This document shows, in pieces, positions 12,072 through 26,518 of a DNA stretch of 64,000 nt; the stretch's first letter is position 1, and the number at the start of each line of letters is the position of its first letter. Position numbers and translations under genes: made by a program. The notes beneath the pieces were generated by a model, which made no database searches, was not told the DNA's origin, and saw only the letters and a program-made list of their open reading frames with translations. This DNA is from Amphiscolops sp. MND2022 (taxonomy: Eukaryota): positions 29,948,001 through 30,012,000 of the forward strand of contig OZ076409.1 in the NCBI GenBank assembly GCA_964187785.1, read 5' to 3'.

Positions 12072-15000
12072 ATGGAGCCCCCAAGATTTAAACTTCAGGT
12101 CGCAAACGGCCATATAGAGGCCCCCACAAAAACAATTCAGCTCCATTTGGAAATCGGCAACTGGTCGTTCAAAGAAACCTTCATCGTTGCCACCAATATA
12201 ACAGGACCAATCCACGGGCAGACGTTCTTAAAAAACAACAGTGCGATACAGGCCGTCAGTCAGGCTTTACTACATTTTACCCACCTAATATACGTCATCA
12301 CATCGGACGGGAATGACGTTGCACCCGCTCACCACAAAATCACCGTCCGAAACCAACTAACGCTGATGCCCGATCAATGCACCACGATAGAACCACCCAT
12401 CAATTTCAGCACAATAGCCAAAACCACTGGCCTAGTCCACCCGATAGAACAATACTCGGTGGTCAAATAAATAGTAGTGGCAAGTTCAATCTCAACGGCA
12501 TCAAATTCCAAAACCGAAATCCGATTAACCAAAACGTCGCCTAACCCCTTCACTCTCAAAAAGAACACGACAGTAGCAGATTTTCAAATTCTCTCTCCAC
12601 GCGAAGCCAAACAGCTACCCCACTGAAAGTCCTGGCAGACGATGACTCCGAAGAGGCGCTGTAGTACGTCAACGAACTCCACAAACCTAACGAGGAGCCG
12701 CAACCGTCCCAAAACTTCTGGTTCTCATCACCCGACATCCCAGGTGATCCCTCAACCCACACCACTATCAAGAGCCGCGTGTTACGGGAGATTGAGGAAT
12801 TGGAATCAATCCAGATACTAAACTCCCAAAACAGTAAAGATGACAGCATTTGCAAGCGTCAATTGGGAGTCATAACAACTCAGCGAGAAAGACTTAGCAG
12901 ACATCGAAGACATACTCGTGGCGTTTATTAACCTTTTCGCCAGGTATCGCCTCGACATAGGAGTCAACAACGAGTTCAAGATAAAACGCACTTCCTAAAC
13001 AGACCAGCCAGCCAACACCTAAACCAGCCAAAAGGATGAATTGACAGTCAAGTTAGCCCTAATGCAGTACTACCGGATTATCACAACGCTCCAGTTCAGC
13101 AAATACGTGAGTCCAATTTTCTTGCAAAGGAACCCCAATTGGAAGCTCCGGATGCTTGTTGACTTGCAAAAATTCAACAATCTCATCGCAGACGAATAGA
13201 TAAACATTAATCACCCGGTGAGTACACTCTCCGACGCTGCTCAACATCTGGCAGGCAAAAAGTTTTTCTCTAAGCATGATTGCTCTCTAGTCTACCACGT
13301 TCTCCAAATGACAGACCAGAAGTCCGTCAAGCGGTTGGTGTTTAACTTTGCAGGTCGGACTTTTGCATACCTACGATTTGCATTAGGGCTCAGCAGATCT
13401 CTCTTCTACTTCTCGAGACTCATGAGGGAGTATCTCGACAGAGTCATTGAAGCTGACAAATGCGTTCAGTATGTCGAAACATCAGGAAAGCCGCCCAAAA
13501 GGCCGAGGTGTTGAAGACCATCCTGCGTGAGGTCTTTCATTGCGTGAGAGAAGCAGTACTGACAATGGCCAAGTGCCAGTTCTGTACCAAAGTCGAAATC
13601 TTTGGTCGAATTGTGTCACCAGTGGGAATCGCCCGTCAAACGCACGAAATCCGAAACTAATTCCAAAAACTGTCGTTTCTAAAGACGAAAAAGGGCCCCA
13701 AAGATATATCGGGTTTGTAAAATACTATCGAAATTACATCCCTCGATTGTCCAAAACCGTTGCCCGTTCCACGAACTAGTGATGGCGGGCAAACCAAATA
13801 AAGTCACGAACGATACCCTGGGCAATTTCAAGAACACTATCTAATCACTATACAACGCCTGTGGCCTTTAGTTGAAACAACCCTTGCCTAACAGGCAATA
13901 TGTATTAATGACTGACGCAAACTACAAGAATGCCGGCTACGCCCTCATGTTAGATGAAAACGCTGAAGAGAACCTCACATCAGTCAGAAAGGCATACGCA
14001 CCAGTTGCATTTGGGTCCAAATCATTCTCCACGGCCCAAATCAAAATTTTCATATTGGCAAAGGAGTTCCTGGTATTATATTTTGCCTTTATGGAGTACA
14101 ACGACAACCTGTGGGGATCGACTAAACCAGTCATTGTCCTGACTGACAACAAGTCAGTGACAAGATTCTTCCAGACAAAGATAATACCCCGAGCTCTATG
14201 GAACGCATGCGACTTCGTATTGCAGTCCAATTTCTCCATCGCCCACGTCCCAGGTAGGTTGAATACTGCAGCGGACTTCCTCTCGCGTCTTGACTTTGAC
14301 CCCAAGGAAAACGTTCAACACCTGATACAAGATGACAATGAAACATCACCTATGTTACCGACGGAGAGCAGTTGTATTTCCTTTCCGAAGACGACCTAAA
14401 AACTGAGGAAGAGATCTGGGAACGATTGCAGCGAGCCCGAAAGAAAACAAAAGGAAACGACACCCATAAATTGCCAACAGACAATGCAATCTCAGACGAC
14501 ACCACACGTCGTTATTTTTCAAACAGAAGTCACCAAACAAAAAGGAGACGCCACCGGAAGATGGCCACCCGACCAATATGAGACACCAACAAGATCATGA
14601 CACAATCTTACGAAATTACAAGCTGCGCCTCCTGAAGGAACCATACCATGAACAGCTCATGGCAACTGACAAGAGAGCAGTACACGACCTAAGAATCCCG
14701 AATTATCCTTTAAAATGGGCTGTTAAACCGACACAGTATTTCGGGAAGACAGGAAAAACCAGGTACTTACAGGTGCTCCTGCCCAAACAGCTTGAAGACT
14801 CGTTTATCAAAGCTCACCATGGAATGAACGACAAACATCCAAGAATCACAATAGTAACACAGCAATGCCGAGAAAAGATTACTTCCCAGGATTAGCAGCT
14901 AAGATCACCAGGCAAATCAATCGATGCATGAAATGCATGGAAACTAAGCAAACGGACAACAGACTACTCACCCCACCAATTATTAATTTGCCAAACTCGC

Positions 15001-16085
15001 ATTGGGACCAGAAGAGGCCTTACAGATGGACATTTTCCCATTCAACGACCCATCGAACTGGTACACGGCCATAGTCACAGCCATGGGCGACGTCTCACGG
15101 TACTTATTCATATACTGCGTTACCAAAATAGACGCAAGGACTATAGCACGAGTACTATTAGACACCCTGACAAGGTCCGCGTATCTCCACACAACCATCA
15201 TCACGGACAAACGAACCCAAATTACGTTCGAAGTAATGAATGACACAACTCCTGTACTGGGCATCCAATTGAGACACGCCACAACGAAACATTCACAGAC
15301 CATTGGCAGGCCTCATTGAGCGAGAACAATGTGGCACCATTTGTGTGCCCATTGCAACTCTCAATTATAACACCACATACCACTAGGTACTCGGCTGCGA
15401 GTCCAGTGGGGTGTTCCACGGCAGAATACCCTACAATGTCTTTGAGACAGAATCCTCTAAGACACAGATAACAGAAGCCGGAGAAGAAGTAATCCAGAAA
15501 ACTAGCTTGATCCATGAGTCAGTGAGCAAGCACATCCTACACTCGTACATACGGTACAAGCAATACTACGATAGGAAAACTTCAGCTCACTCTTTGGAAA
15601 CCAACGATTTTCGCTACGCCTTACACCCACTAGCAAATGACCAAGGGTCAAAGTTACCATTCCGAGAGAATTTGTACACGTGACCGTACAAAATTGTGAA
15701 AACCCTCCCAAACAATAATTACCTTATACGCGAATTAAAAACCAATAGAACTCAAATTTTCCACAGGCTACGCCTGAAACCTTGCTCCACCAAGGACAAA
15801 TCATCAGAAACCCAAGATTTTCAACCCAATAACGATATTGAAGTCCTCCATGACGATCAACATGCCCTAGCATGGCAATCAGGATTCGAACATTTTGTTA
15901 AGCCTAATAACAGCCTCCCTAATGATGAACACACAATGATCCAGCCCGATATTGTCATCAGATCAGAAGACACAATCGAGGACATAGTCCCGGATTTACA
16001 AATCGAATTCAACCATACGCAAGAAAGTCACAACTCAGAATCCGACCCAAAACCGGACCCTCGAAGGGAAAAACAACCTACGTAG
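12072..16085 (+). pseudogene. pol: Gypsy pol (PR-RT-RNaseH-IN), disrupted
   Basis: Motifs include FKLQVANG, STLSDAAQHLAGKK, CVQYVE, MTDANYKNAGYAL, LTDNKS, HVPGRLNTAADFLSR, the integrase HHCC finger (HHGMNDKH...CMKC) and a GPY-like region near 15680. Confidence 0.92.
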
Positions 16086-16392
16086 TAACCCTCCAACTAA
16101 CTGGGAACGCGATTACGCGTGTTACAACACAGTAGAAATCAATTTACAAGAATAAACTCCTACATTGAATTTGTGATATAGCACACTTTCACAGCTTATT
16201 TTTTCCATTTCCTACGACGGACATACTTCTTCCTAAAACTCAACTACAACTCAAGAAGAAACGGGTTCAGAGAGCAGAAAAATGAATTACGGAAGCCTCC
16301 GTCATTTACTTTTCGTTGAGGAACTTCGTCAAGCCCTTCTTATTTCTGGTTAACGTATTCTCATGTTTTTTTTCTCTTCATCAAAAAAGGGA

Positions 16393-19300
16393 TCAAATAG
16401 CCAAGGAGAAACAGAGGAAAAAATAACAATACAAACAGAAAAAAATACAAATTGCAACCCCAGAACTTACACAAATCGAATGTTTTGCATCAGTCTGAAT
16501 TAAGGTTTTCCATTTATGGGCTCCACGCTTCCTGCACCGCTCTAGTTTCCCTTTCTGGCAGGACGAACGAGAACCACTAAAAGTAGCAGATGAACTGTGC
16601 ACCGGGACCGCAAATAAAGACTGAACATCAATCGAAGAGTGCCCAAGATCCACCGAAGCTACCACCCCAGACACAACCTCAGACTGCAGCGACCCAATAG
16701 CAGCTTGCAATTTGTTAGGAGATGAAGTAGTCGAATACAGACCCAAACCAGCACATCGACGCCTGTCAGAAACTTGCTCCAAATGGTACGAACCAAAAGA
16801 ATCGCGGAACTCGCGGTACAGATCACAATGCCCATGGACATACAACGAGCTCCGCGGCAAACATGAGGCGTCATCCATAACATTCTTCCCATTCGGTAGT
16901 TCCGGCACTCCACATTTCAGCTTTTCCAGGCAGCCTTTGGTCAGAAGCTCGTCCGAAGCGAATTTTGCAAAGGATACATACGACTGACACGCAAAAATTG
17001 ATGAGAACAGAACCTTCTTCGGAACCATCGCACAACTCAACGACATGTCGACATCAGCATAACAAACCGGACAAGGAATCATGACCATAGCTGCTAATTG
17101 CACCGCCCTGTCCAAATTCAACCGCCAGTCAAGCAAGCCCGAAACCCGCATAAACGAAAAACGGTTTGTGATCGAGGTAATAAATTGCTGGTTTCGACGA
17201 CGGACCTCCACGAATAATGACTTTAGCTCATTACTTGCTTCCTCGCAGTTGAGAGATGTCAATCGACCACGCACTAAAAACCTGGCGGTCAGATCCTTCA
17301 ATAATGTCACAGTGTAAGCCTTATCGCCCTGCAACACCATATCCGGCTGAAAACAGCCTAAATTAGAGGCCAGTCCCGATTAAGCATAAGCCGATCAATG
17401 CAATACGTTGGGGAATTCCAGAAGAAACCCATGACACTCGCGGAGGAAAGTACGCCTCAAGGCATTACAACAAGCGTTCACAGCAGCTGCCACAAGAGGT
17501 TCGCCCGAAGAGACTCGATGTACGGGATTTTAGCCCACGTGGTTAAAGGCTGACCGGGATACAAACTCCACGATTCAATTTCGGGCAAGTCACTCAGCTT
17601 CTTTGCCATACCAAGCAAACTCCAATAGAAAAAGCAAAAATCAACATAGTTACGGCAAGTATAATCAGTGACTTCGGTAACAAACTGTTTCTCGAAATTC
17701 CTTTGAAAACACGAAAAAAGTACGTGTAGCACACTCACACGGAGCAACACCATTGTGTCCGAGATGATCAACTGGCCCACATCAAGCAGCGCTTTGCTTC
17801 TAGTTGGAAGAATAGTCCCTGCCTCTATGAAAAACAACTTCACATCATCCCAGTGAGGCAAAAGCTAGGAAATACCCGGGACTAAGGAGACAAAAGGAAC
17901 CTCTCGTTGACGAACACACTTATGAAATTGAGACAAAGGCATCAACTACGGCTGGTGGACTACTTTACCCACGTGCAGAAGCAAAAATCATTATCAGGAT
18001 CCAGAAGATTCGCAATAACCAGACCGGCCTCACGGACGTGTTCCTTTAAAATATTACTCTAGCACAGGCAAAGGCACAGGACGACTTTCAGCTTTACGCC
18101 AGTTCATAAAAACGTTTAACAACGTGGAAAAACACCCACGGACAGAAACCGGCGACTGATTTGCAGGAAGGATGGCAAAAACTTGAGATAAGCACTTTAT
18201 TTCAGCATCGCATAACCTTGGAGCAGGTTCTTTCCAGAGCACACAGACTCCGCGAATAACATCGCCGACGAAGCAACAAACAAAGCAACGTAACCCGGTG
18301 TCATCACCGCAAAACGACACACTAAAGTCAGCATCTTCACACCCAGATTGCAACCGACGTAAAATGTGGAAATACAACCTCTGACACGGAATTACGAATG
18401 ATTCAGTTTTGCTCCATGTGGCTTGCGCATAGCTGGCTTCTGCTGGAACCGTTGTATTGAATTCATTTACAAAGACGTCTAAGGAAACCGCTTCGCAATT
18501 GCTCAAATAGCCCTGCCACTAGTGTCTAAGAAGGGACATCAAAACAACGCCAACGAGTGCATCGACTTCATCGTCAACAAACGCAATCTTCCGAATAAGA
18601 ACAAAAACGGAAGTCTTTTTAATCTCTGCTTGTGATTCTGGGGAGATCGAAGCCTTATCAATTGCATCAAACTTGACAGTATAAACAACATCTTCATGGT
18701 CAAACGGATAACGACGGTCTTCTGCAAAGTGTGTTTTGCAAACGGATTGCCTCCAAATCTCGATTTCCTCACGCCACAAAAAGAAATATCTTTCTGGCAA
18801 AGAGTGCAATTAAACCCACTTGGATTTTTGTGTGACCGTTAGCATACAAACAACCGCGGGTTGGGATGCCATTCTCTTGCAAAGAACATAAAGTTCAGTT
18901 TGTCTCTTCTTCCTCTTCTCAAATTTAGCGTGGAGCCGGGTCTTTGTCTCCTCCCCCGCGTTCAAATGCATCCGGGCACGATGTAACTGATTGCCCTTGC
19001 GCTTGAGCAACTGTACGACCTCATCTAAACCTAAACAACGAAACCGAAACCTATATGGATAGAACAACCGAAAACTAATGACCAACCCCGAAACCCACGA
19101 CAAGCAACTAGACCAGGCACCCTTTAGCAGAAAGACAAACAATTTTTACGGCGAGATAACAAACGCGCTTCTTGTCGACTGTAGGACCGCTCCAAATGCA
19201 CTGCTGTCTGACCGAAATCTAAGATATGGGAGGAAGACAAGCACATTGCCCCGTCAGGTACTTCAGTTAGCCCCACTGAAAACAAAAAGTGGACTTAACC

Positions 19301-20252
19301 ATAAATAAAATGAACGGATGGGAATATCATACATCACAACAACACAGTAACAGAATGACGGATCAAGGATGATTCCGCATGGAAATGACAATTACCTTTC
19401 GCCCACTCATTGTGCAGAACCGAACGTTCGAAACCCTCTGCTGGTCGAGAATGTTGGGTACGTTCAAATCGAGGTCGGGTATCATGCATGGGCCATTGAT
19501 TAGTTCCAGTCTCGTCCTTCGATAGGGGGAGACACAACGCATCAGAGTAGGAAGAACCAACCCATGTGGATGCTCTTCCACAAGCCCGGGAAGGCTCGCC
19601 TAAAAGCAACAAACAATCAACGGTAACCAAATAGTCAACGTTTACATTTGATGATAATCACAGGGCAGAATTCTTTTCTCCAACTCCTACTTGGGACCCC
19701 AAAAGCATCATCAACTTCACTATCGTCGATCTCGGGAAGAACCCACTGACACCGCTTAGTCGTCCCAGCACAAGAAGCCAAACTTACACGACGGCTTCGC
19801 CGCGTAGTAGAAGAAGAAGCACCTGCGGAGCCTGGTCGATAATCCTCATCACGGGAATCGTCAGACAGTCCCGAGCAACAAAGAAAGGTAGATCAAATGA
19901 CGCGTCTGTATGCTAGCATGTAATGCTGGCTGGCTGCCAACAACTCGCTAAGCAACTTACCCTCTACATCAAGTAGATCGTCCAGGACTTGCCGGGCATC
20001 ACTTGTAGACGAATGCACCGAACGATTTTCATCATCAATGTCCTCATTAGAATCGCCGTCCGAATCCACCCCTTCTACTGCATCATTAGCCACATCACCG
20101 TCAGAACATTATCAATATCGCCGATAGGATTCTCCAGGCCCTCCAACCCCTCCAACTTGTCCTCTCCTCAACAAAAGCTCCGCCTCACACTTCATAACTC
20201 CAATTTCACGGGAACGCAGGATACTTTGATCATCCTCATCCGTCGAGTTTGA
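16393..20252 (-). pseudogene. Decayed long antisense ORF(s) of unknown function downstream of Gypsy pol
   Basis: A chain of minus-strand ORFs (315, 127, 150, 96, 110, 98 and 66 aa) with higher GC than the flanks. No recognisable domain. Confidence 0.45.
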
Positions 20253-20329
20253 CATCTTTCAAAGAACAAATCTGAAACATATCACTGAGTAATAACAAAC
20301 GAAGACGTGGCGTAAAACCAATACAAAAC

Positions 20330-21237
20330 TATTATCAATTTTTTGCTTATAATGACGCATTTGAAGTCATTCAGTCTGCCAGCTGAAAACTATCTTCGTT
20401 TGTCTATGAATTTTTATACACTTTCTACATCCTCGAAGTGACAAACCTGAGAGGACTTGTGCACATCAGGAAACTTGAGGTCACCAGAAACAACCGCTGC
20501 TCCCTTTTTGGGGAGAAATTCCTGAAGATCGTGGTTTAAGTATCTATAGGTGCTTTTGCCAGGTGGATTGTACAACGCACATATGATCAACTCCGTCATA
20601 GCAATAACAAACTTGAATCGGAAGGGGTACATCAGGTTGTTCTGATATTAGACTGTTTCTCATGGCGATGATACATTAGTATGAACTTCCATCAGCTTCT
20701 ATCGATTTATCGCTAACAATAGAATTACTAATATAGCGCAGTTGAGTCGATAGTTCATTCAACCAAGTTTCACACATTGAAATGACCTTGTAGTTGGTAA
20801 GTTTTACGGCATTCGCCATTGTTTACTTTCCTTCAAAATTCACAACGCTCCGGGCATTCTATTGTGAGATGTTGAGAAAGCTTAGTAATGTTGATTTTGA
20901 GGTTTTCGCGACTACAGTATTTTCCTAAATCTCTATTTTTTGTCCGTCGCTGAACAGTTCAAGTTTCCTAATTTTCCACTTTACTCTAGGACTTCCTTCA
21001 TTTAGCAGTAACCCCTTTTCTTCAAAATAAAATCGCTCAGGGCTTCTTTATTTGACTAAGTTGAGAAGGATATAAATGTTCAAATGTTTTTTCCAGTTAA
21101 ATTTTCTCTACGTTCTCGGCTTATCGAAAACGCTTTGTTCACTTTCTACTGTTACGAAACGTTCTTCTGTTACGCATCTCCAATTCTTTCATTCACCAGC
21201 TCAGTCAGTCTCTGCTCCAAGCTCTTCAAGGTAACAA
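20330..21237 (-). mobile_element. APE-type LINE fragment (ORF1 end and endonuclease N-terminus)
   Basis: Minus-strand translation shows NARS, CETWLNE, ICALYNPP and SGDL, all APE endonuclease motifs. Confidence 0.7.
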
Positions 21238-21239
21238 TG

Positions 21240-24200
21240 TGTAAGGGTATGTACAATGTCATGAACTCTATTAGAACAGGTCGTGAAATGTGTAGATCTA
21301 TTGTTAAAGTGTTTTTGGTTTCAGAGGATCATTGTATGAAACAATGTTTTAATGACACTCTTTTTACAATTAGAGGTTTCTATTTGATTCTCTTATCTCA
21401 GTAAGTGGACGAGCAACATTTGCAACCTACAAACAACAGCGAACATCTTTTCCTTTCTCGTTAGTCCGAAGAAGTATCATACCCGTTTCTCTATCTACAT
21501 TAGTAGCATCACGTATCGTGTGCTCCAAGCATGGAATCAACTAGTTAACGTGTGCGCTAACCATGGCGGTGCTCATCTCCCCCACTGAAGGATATACCTA
21601 CGCCACAGGGGATGTCGAAGGTACTATCAAATCATCGCACTTTTCACGGTGCAGGGGCATTACCATGCACCCGCCGCCTGTTAACAGACTAAACAATTGT
21701 TTAGCCCAAAGTCTAAAAAGAGCACGAGTGAAGACTGGGAGTACTTTATCGCCAGGTGGGACGCATACAAGACACCCACACGCATAGCCGACCATCATGC
21801 TATTTTACAGCTCCTCGATTGTTGTGAAGACAGTATACCCAAGGACCTCCACCGCTCCCACTCAAACATCGCCAAGGCAATCGAGATAGATGCCCTGGTA
21901 GCATTCAAGACTCTAGCCGTGGAGGCTGAGAACGCCATGGTGAACAGGATGAAGAGGAGTGTCTTAGGAGTTTTGCCACTCGCTTACGAGGTCAAACTAA
22001 GGTCTGCAAGTTCTCAAAAAACTACTCTCACAACCCGTTTGAAGCAGTCAATTACTCCGACAAATTGATCCGTGACGCCACCATTAGAGGACTTGGCGAC
22101 TGCGACATCCAGCAAGTTGTACTGGGACATAACCCGTTCAAGTTGTCGTGCCAATCCAATGTCATAACCTAGGGAGTAACTCTCCCAGTGATGCATATAT
22201 CACGAAGTCCTAATAATAATAATAATAACGTCCAGATCATGACTTTGAAGGATACGACCAAGTTCAAAGAGGCCAAAGAAGCTGGTAAACAATCTTGAGC
22301 AACTATGCAGAACCTGAGTGCTGCGACAGTATCGTCGTTTTACCAGGCGGACAAAAAGCAATACGTAGACAAATGGCAAAATTGTGGAAAACAGGCCTTG
22401 GTGATAGCCGCGATACACAGGCTTGGAACGAGAAGTGCAGGTCTTTGGACAAAATCTGTTCAAAGTCTGACGAAAGTAACCACTTCGCCAACGTTCGTAG
22501 GTTTAACCCCAAAAGGATCAGTGAAAACACAACAAAGGATGTGGATGAATCCAACACTGCCTTTCACAAATTGTGCAACATCCGACATCTCGGTAACCAG
22601 CATAGTCAACTTTCGTAAAACCGGTCAACAGGCAGTCACTCTTGACCACCACATTTTTGATGACAGAAATAGCCGGATCACAAGACGGTTGCCGCCACAA
22701 CCGACTGTTTATCTCAATGCCCGCGCTCACGCAAAAGACTATGGGTAACTAGGGTTCCGCATCCACACACGGAAAAGCCAGATTAATATAGCCATGACAG
22801 CTGATACTGATTGTCAAAATGTTCTAGTTGAGACCAGAATCATCCACAGGCTGGGTTTGAAAAAATCGGCTCTCATACCTGTGCAAACAATGTCGGCGGT
22901 GACCGTGTCATCATCCCAATTCTAGGGGCAGCTTTCTGGGACTGTCCATAAAGTTAGGGTCTGGTGAAGTACTAGAGACAGCACAAATCTGCTATGTGAC
23001 CAGCATGATAGAAGGGCAAACTTCTACCGGACAGATACCAATCCAGCACTTTCAAGACTTGCGAATGCCAAAGACTCCTTCTAATGGAAGGTCCGCTGTT
23101 GGAACTTCACCTCGACTCCGAGGCCAAGCCGATCGCAGTCCACAAACCCATTCCAGTACATCCACACTGGCAATAGGTGTGAAAGCGTCTATCGACAGGA
23201 TGTCACGTTCGAGGTCCTGGAGGCTGCCCAGTAGGAGAACCGGTTACCTGATGCCATCGAATGGTCACGGAATAAAAACGGCAAGCCACGGCACACAGTA
23301 GAATGCAGGTGCTAAAGAAACACGCTGTCCGTGAAACACATCACACCCAATCCCCGTTCCACATGGCAACGCAGGCACCTTCAGTGACCAAGAAGACAAT
23401 CACCGATGCTTTCAATGGGTATCACACTGTGCCAATCCGAGATGAAGATCTCCACCTCAATACGTTCATCACGCCATGGGGTCCGTGTCGATACAAAATT
23501 TGTCCACAGAGCTACGGTTCTTCAAAGGACGGGTACACCAGAAGATTTGACGAGGTCGTCAAAGACTTTCCCAACAAATCCGATTGCATCGATGACAGGC
23601 TTCTGAGCAAACACTCTTGAAGAAAACTCCTTTCAAACGTGCCGCTGGCTAGACATTTGCGGCCGACACGGAATTGTACAGAATCCGCAAATGTTTGTTT
23701 TTTGCTCCGAAACTTTGTGGACTTTGCTGATTTTGTCATCACCGACCAATATCCAGCCCAGTGATAAACATATTCGCGCTATCCGTGACTTACATACACC
23801 GCAAAACATCACCGACATCCGATCTTGGTTCGCACTCATCAATCAAGTATCGTTCTGTTGTTTCCTCCGCAACGACGTGGCACCTTTCCGCGAGCATTTT
23901 AAGACGTCGTCTAGATTCTTTTAGGATGATCCGATAGAACAAATTTTCGAGCCATCCAAGGCTGCTATAATGGTCAAAACCACCCGGTGTGTCCGGATAT
24001 TTGACACCCAACGTGTCACATGTCTCGTCACAGATTGGTCCAAGAAAAGCAACTGTTTCTGGCTCTTGCAGAATTACTGCACCTGTGAGGTCAACACTTC
24101 TATATGGTGCTCAACGAGATAGAAAGTAGTGTTCGCGGGTAGCAGCTTCCCACACCTAACAGAATCAAGATATGCTCTGATTGATGGGAAAGCATTGGCT

Positions 24201-24390
24201 GTAGTTTATGGAATGGAGTTCGCCTGTCACCTCCTACTCGGTTGCGAAAATTTAGTGGTTTAGCTACTGATCACAAGCTGTTACTAAGGGTTCTCAAATA
24301 TCTGCACCTCGGCCATATCAAGAATGAAAGACTACTGTCACTCAAGGAGAAGACGCTTCCATACCGCGTCACTGTCATCCTCATACCCGG
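21240..24390 (+). mobile_element. Degenerate Mag-like Gypsy LTR retrotransposon, 3'-truncated
   Basis: Putative LTR 21240-21499 (TGTA...TACA). Gag has EDWEYFIARW...QLLDCC; RT has DAFNGYH...FITPWG..RY...DGYTRRFD...CIDD; RNase H has TDWS, ESRYA and TDHK. Confidence 0.85.
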
Positions 24391-24899
24391 ACAGTATATA
24401 TGGATAGAGGTTATATATGTGTAAACACTATTTACTGAATAGTCTCCATGACATTTCATGAAGTCGTCACTTTCATTGTTTCGCACACAGGTATTGCCTA
24501 ATAGGATGACATAACTCCCAGTTGTTTGATTCCAGTTATGGCTCTGGTGGTCAAGGCTGTGCATTCCTATGTAAGTTGAAACAGGCAGTTACAGGTTATA
24601 CTAAAATAATAAGTTCTAGCTTGTTTGAATGGGTCTTCTGCAAATGTTACAATGTCGATCCTTTTTATTAGTTTTAAGATCTGTATAAAAAACAGAATAA
24701 GTGAGAGAAAAGAACTTTAAGGGTTTATGATCGATAACTTCAATGAGTTTAATCGGTTGGGTGATTTGAGAACTGGTGTTTTGTGTAATTGAAAAGCGAG
24801 ACCGAAATTGGATCAAAAAATTTGGGATCGAATTGTTCGGTTTTGGTTATGTTTTTGCTTCTGCAAAGCGCTTAAAAACTTTAGGTAATTTAGTCTTAC

Positions 24900-25072
24900 T
24901 AATAAAGGGTGATTTACGCTGTATGCACGCTTGCCCTCACCGTCGCAAAGAAAAGCTCCCAATACGATCGCTTTGCGATCTTCGTTCCCGCTAGGATTTT
25001 GCTCCTGTTCGGCCTCGCTTCGCAAGATGGGAACATAAGCGTCCGCGGGGCACTAGAAAAAATGAGGGCAAA
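24900..25072 (-). repeat. Shared GC-rich cassette, copy D (diverged, inverted)
   Basis: Its reverse complement aligns by eye to 28369-28552. Confidence 0.85.
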
Positions 25073-26518
25073 GACGAGGGTCAAAACCATTATTTGAAAA
25101 CGCAAGGTAATTGAAAACATTGCTTCCATCTCATTTTATTCAACCATTTGACTTCGATATCAGAGACAGATTGCCTATTCGCGCACCTTGATTCGATCCA
25201 ACCATCCACCACCAATTTACCCAATAGGAAACTCCCAAAACCGAGTAAAGCTCAAAGAAAAACTTTCACTGAGCTATTTACCGGTTGAAATCGGTAGCTC
25301 AATGATGATCGTGTCGTTGAGAAAAAACCGAAACGCAACAGAAAACCGCAGCAAAAAAGCGAGTTGGATCGACGACAACGTTCCATTTGCACTAAATTGG
25401 ACGAAGGTAATGTTAAGGCCGGAATCAGAATTAGCGTAATTATTGTGATGCGCTTGTTGAATAGCTTCAGAGATGGCAATGATTTGAATTTGACACAAAT
25501 CATAATATCTCTGACGCTGTTTTCTTGCTGTCCTTGGGCTGAAAGAACCATCACAACCCGGTGGGATAATTCCATTAATATTTCATTTTATCAAATCAAG
25601 GTTTTGTTCCATTTACGGATTGCTTCACTGTTGTGATTTTTTTGGGGGAGACTGGCACACACCCAAATGTGGTATTCCTGCAATTGGTTAGGTTTCGAGG
25701 TTGAGTTGTGATGAAAAACAACCAAACCTGCAACGCTCTGAAGTGTTTGAAGCCTTCAGGGTTTATAGACTGGAAAAATTGTAGGCTTTGCAACGGATGG
25801 GTTCATAAAAAATGTGCCAATTCATCAAGAACGGAGGCCCGGAGCCTTGCTGAATTTAAATGTAGTAGGTGCTTTTTAGTTAAAACAATCCCTCAGTGTC
25901 AGGATGATAACTTTAGACCAGACACCCTTTTTAATTCAGGCGTTGTTTACTTGAAAAGAGTTCCTAAAAACTCACGGATCCTGAAATCTTGATACCCAAA
26001 ATTAATGATATTTGTGAAACCCCGCAAATTTTGCCTTGTGGTGCTTACTGCTCTCCTCTCTAAGCTGTTTTTTGGAAAAACCACCTCGAGGAGTTAAACG
26101 TCAGAGGACATCCCTCAGTGCAATTATCAACAAGCGTATTCGGGATAGTGTCATTGAGAAAAAACCGAAACGCGAAAAAAACCGCAGCAAAAAAACGAGT
26201 TAGATCGACGACTGCGTTCCATTTTCACTAAATTAGACGAAGGTAATGGTAAGGCCGGAAACGGAATGGCAGTAGGCGACAACAATATTTCAGATTTCAC
26301 GGTCGACAACTACGTTGCCCTCAAGCTGAAACATCCGCAGAGGGAAACTTGTTCTGTCTGGACCCCACGGATATCGATTGTTTCTCAACCTCAGACTTTT
26401 TTGTCCATAAGGCTCTAATGTCCTTCCCAATGGGTTTGACGAATGAACAAGAAAGTCCTCTCGATGGAACTCAGAAAAAATGGACACAACCTGTCTACGT
26501 CAAAACCGCCCACGATTT

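Larger units (their letters stand above)
7313..16085 (+). mobile_element. Degenerate Ty3/Gypsy LTR retrotransposon (element B, related to A)
   Basis: Domains are gag ~9034-10200, PR ~10250-12470 (interrupted), RT ~12900-13780, RNase H 13872-14399 and integrase 14578-16085. It begins TGTG exactly where the hAT relic breaks off, so the 5' LTR start is putative. Confidence 0.88.
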
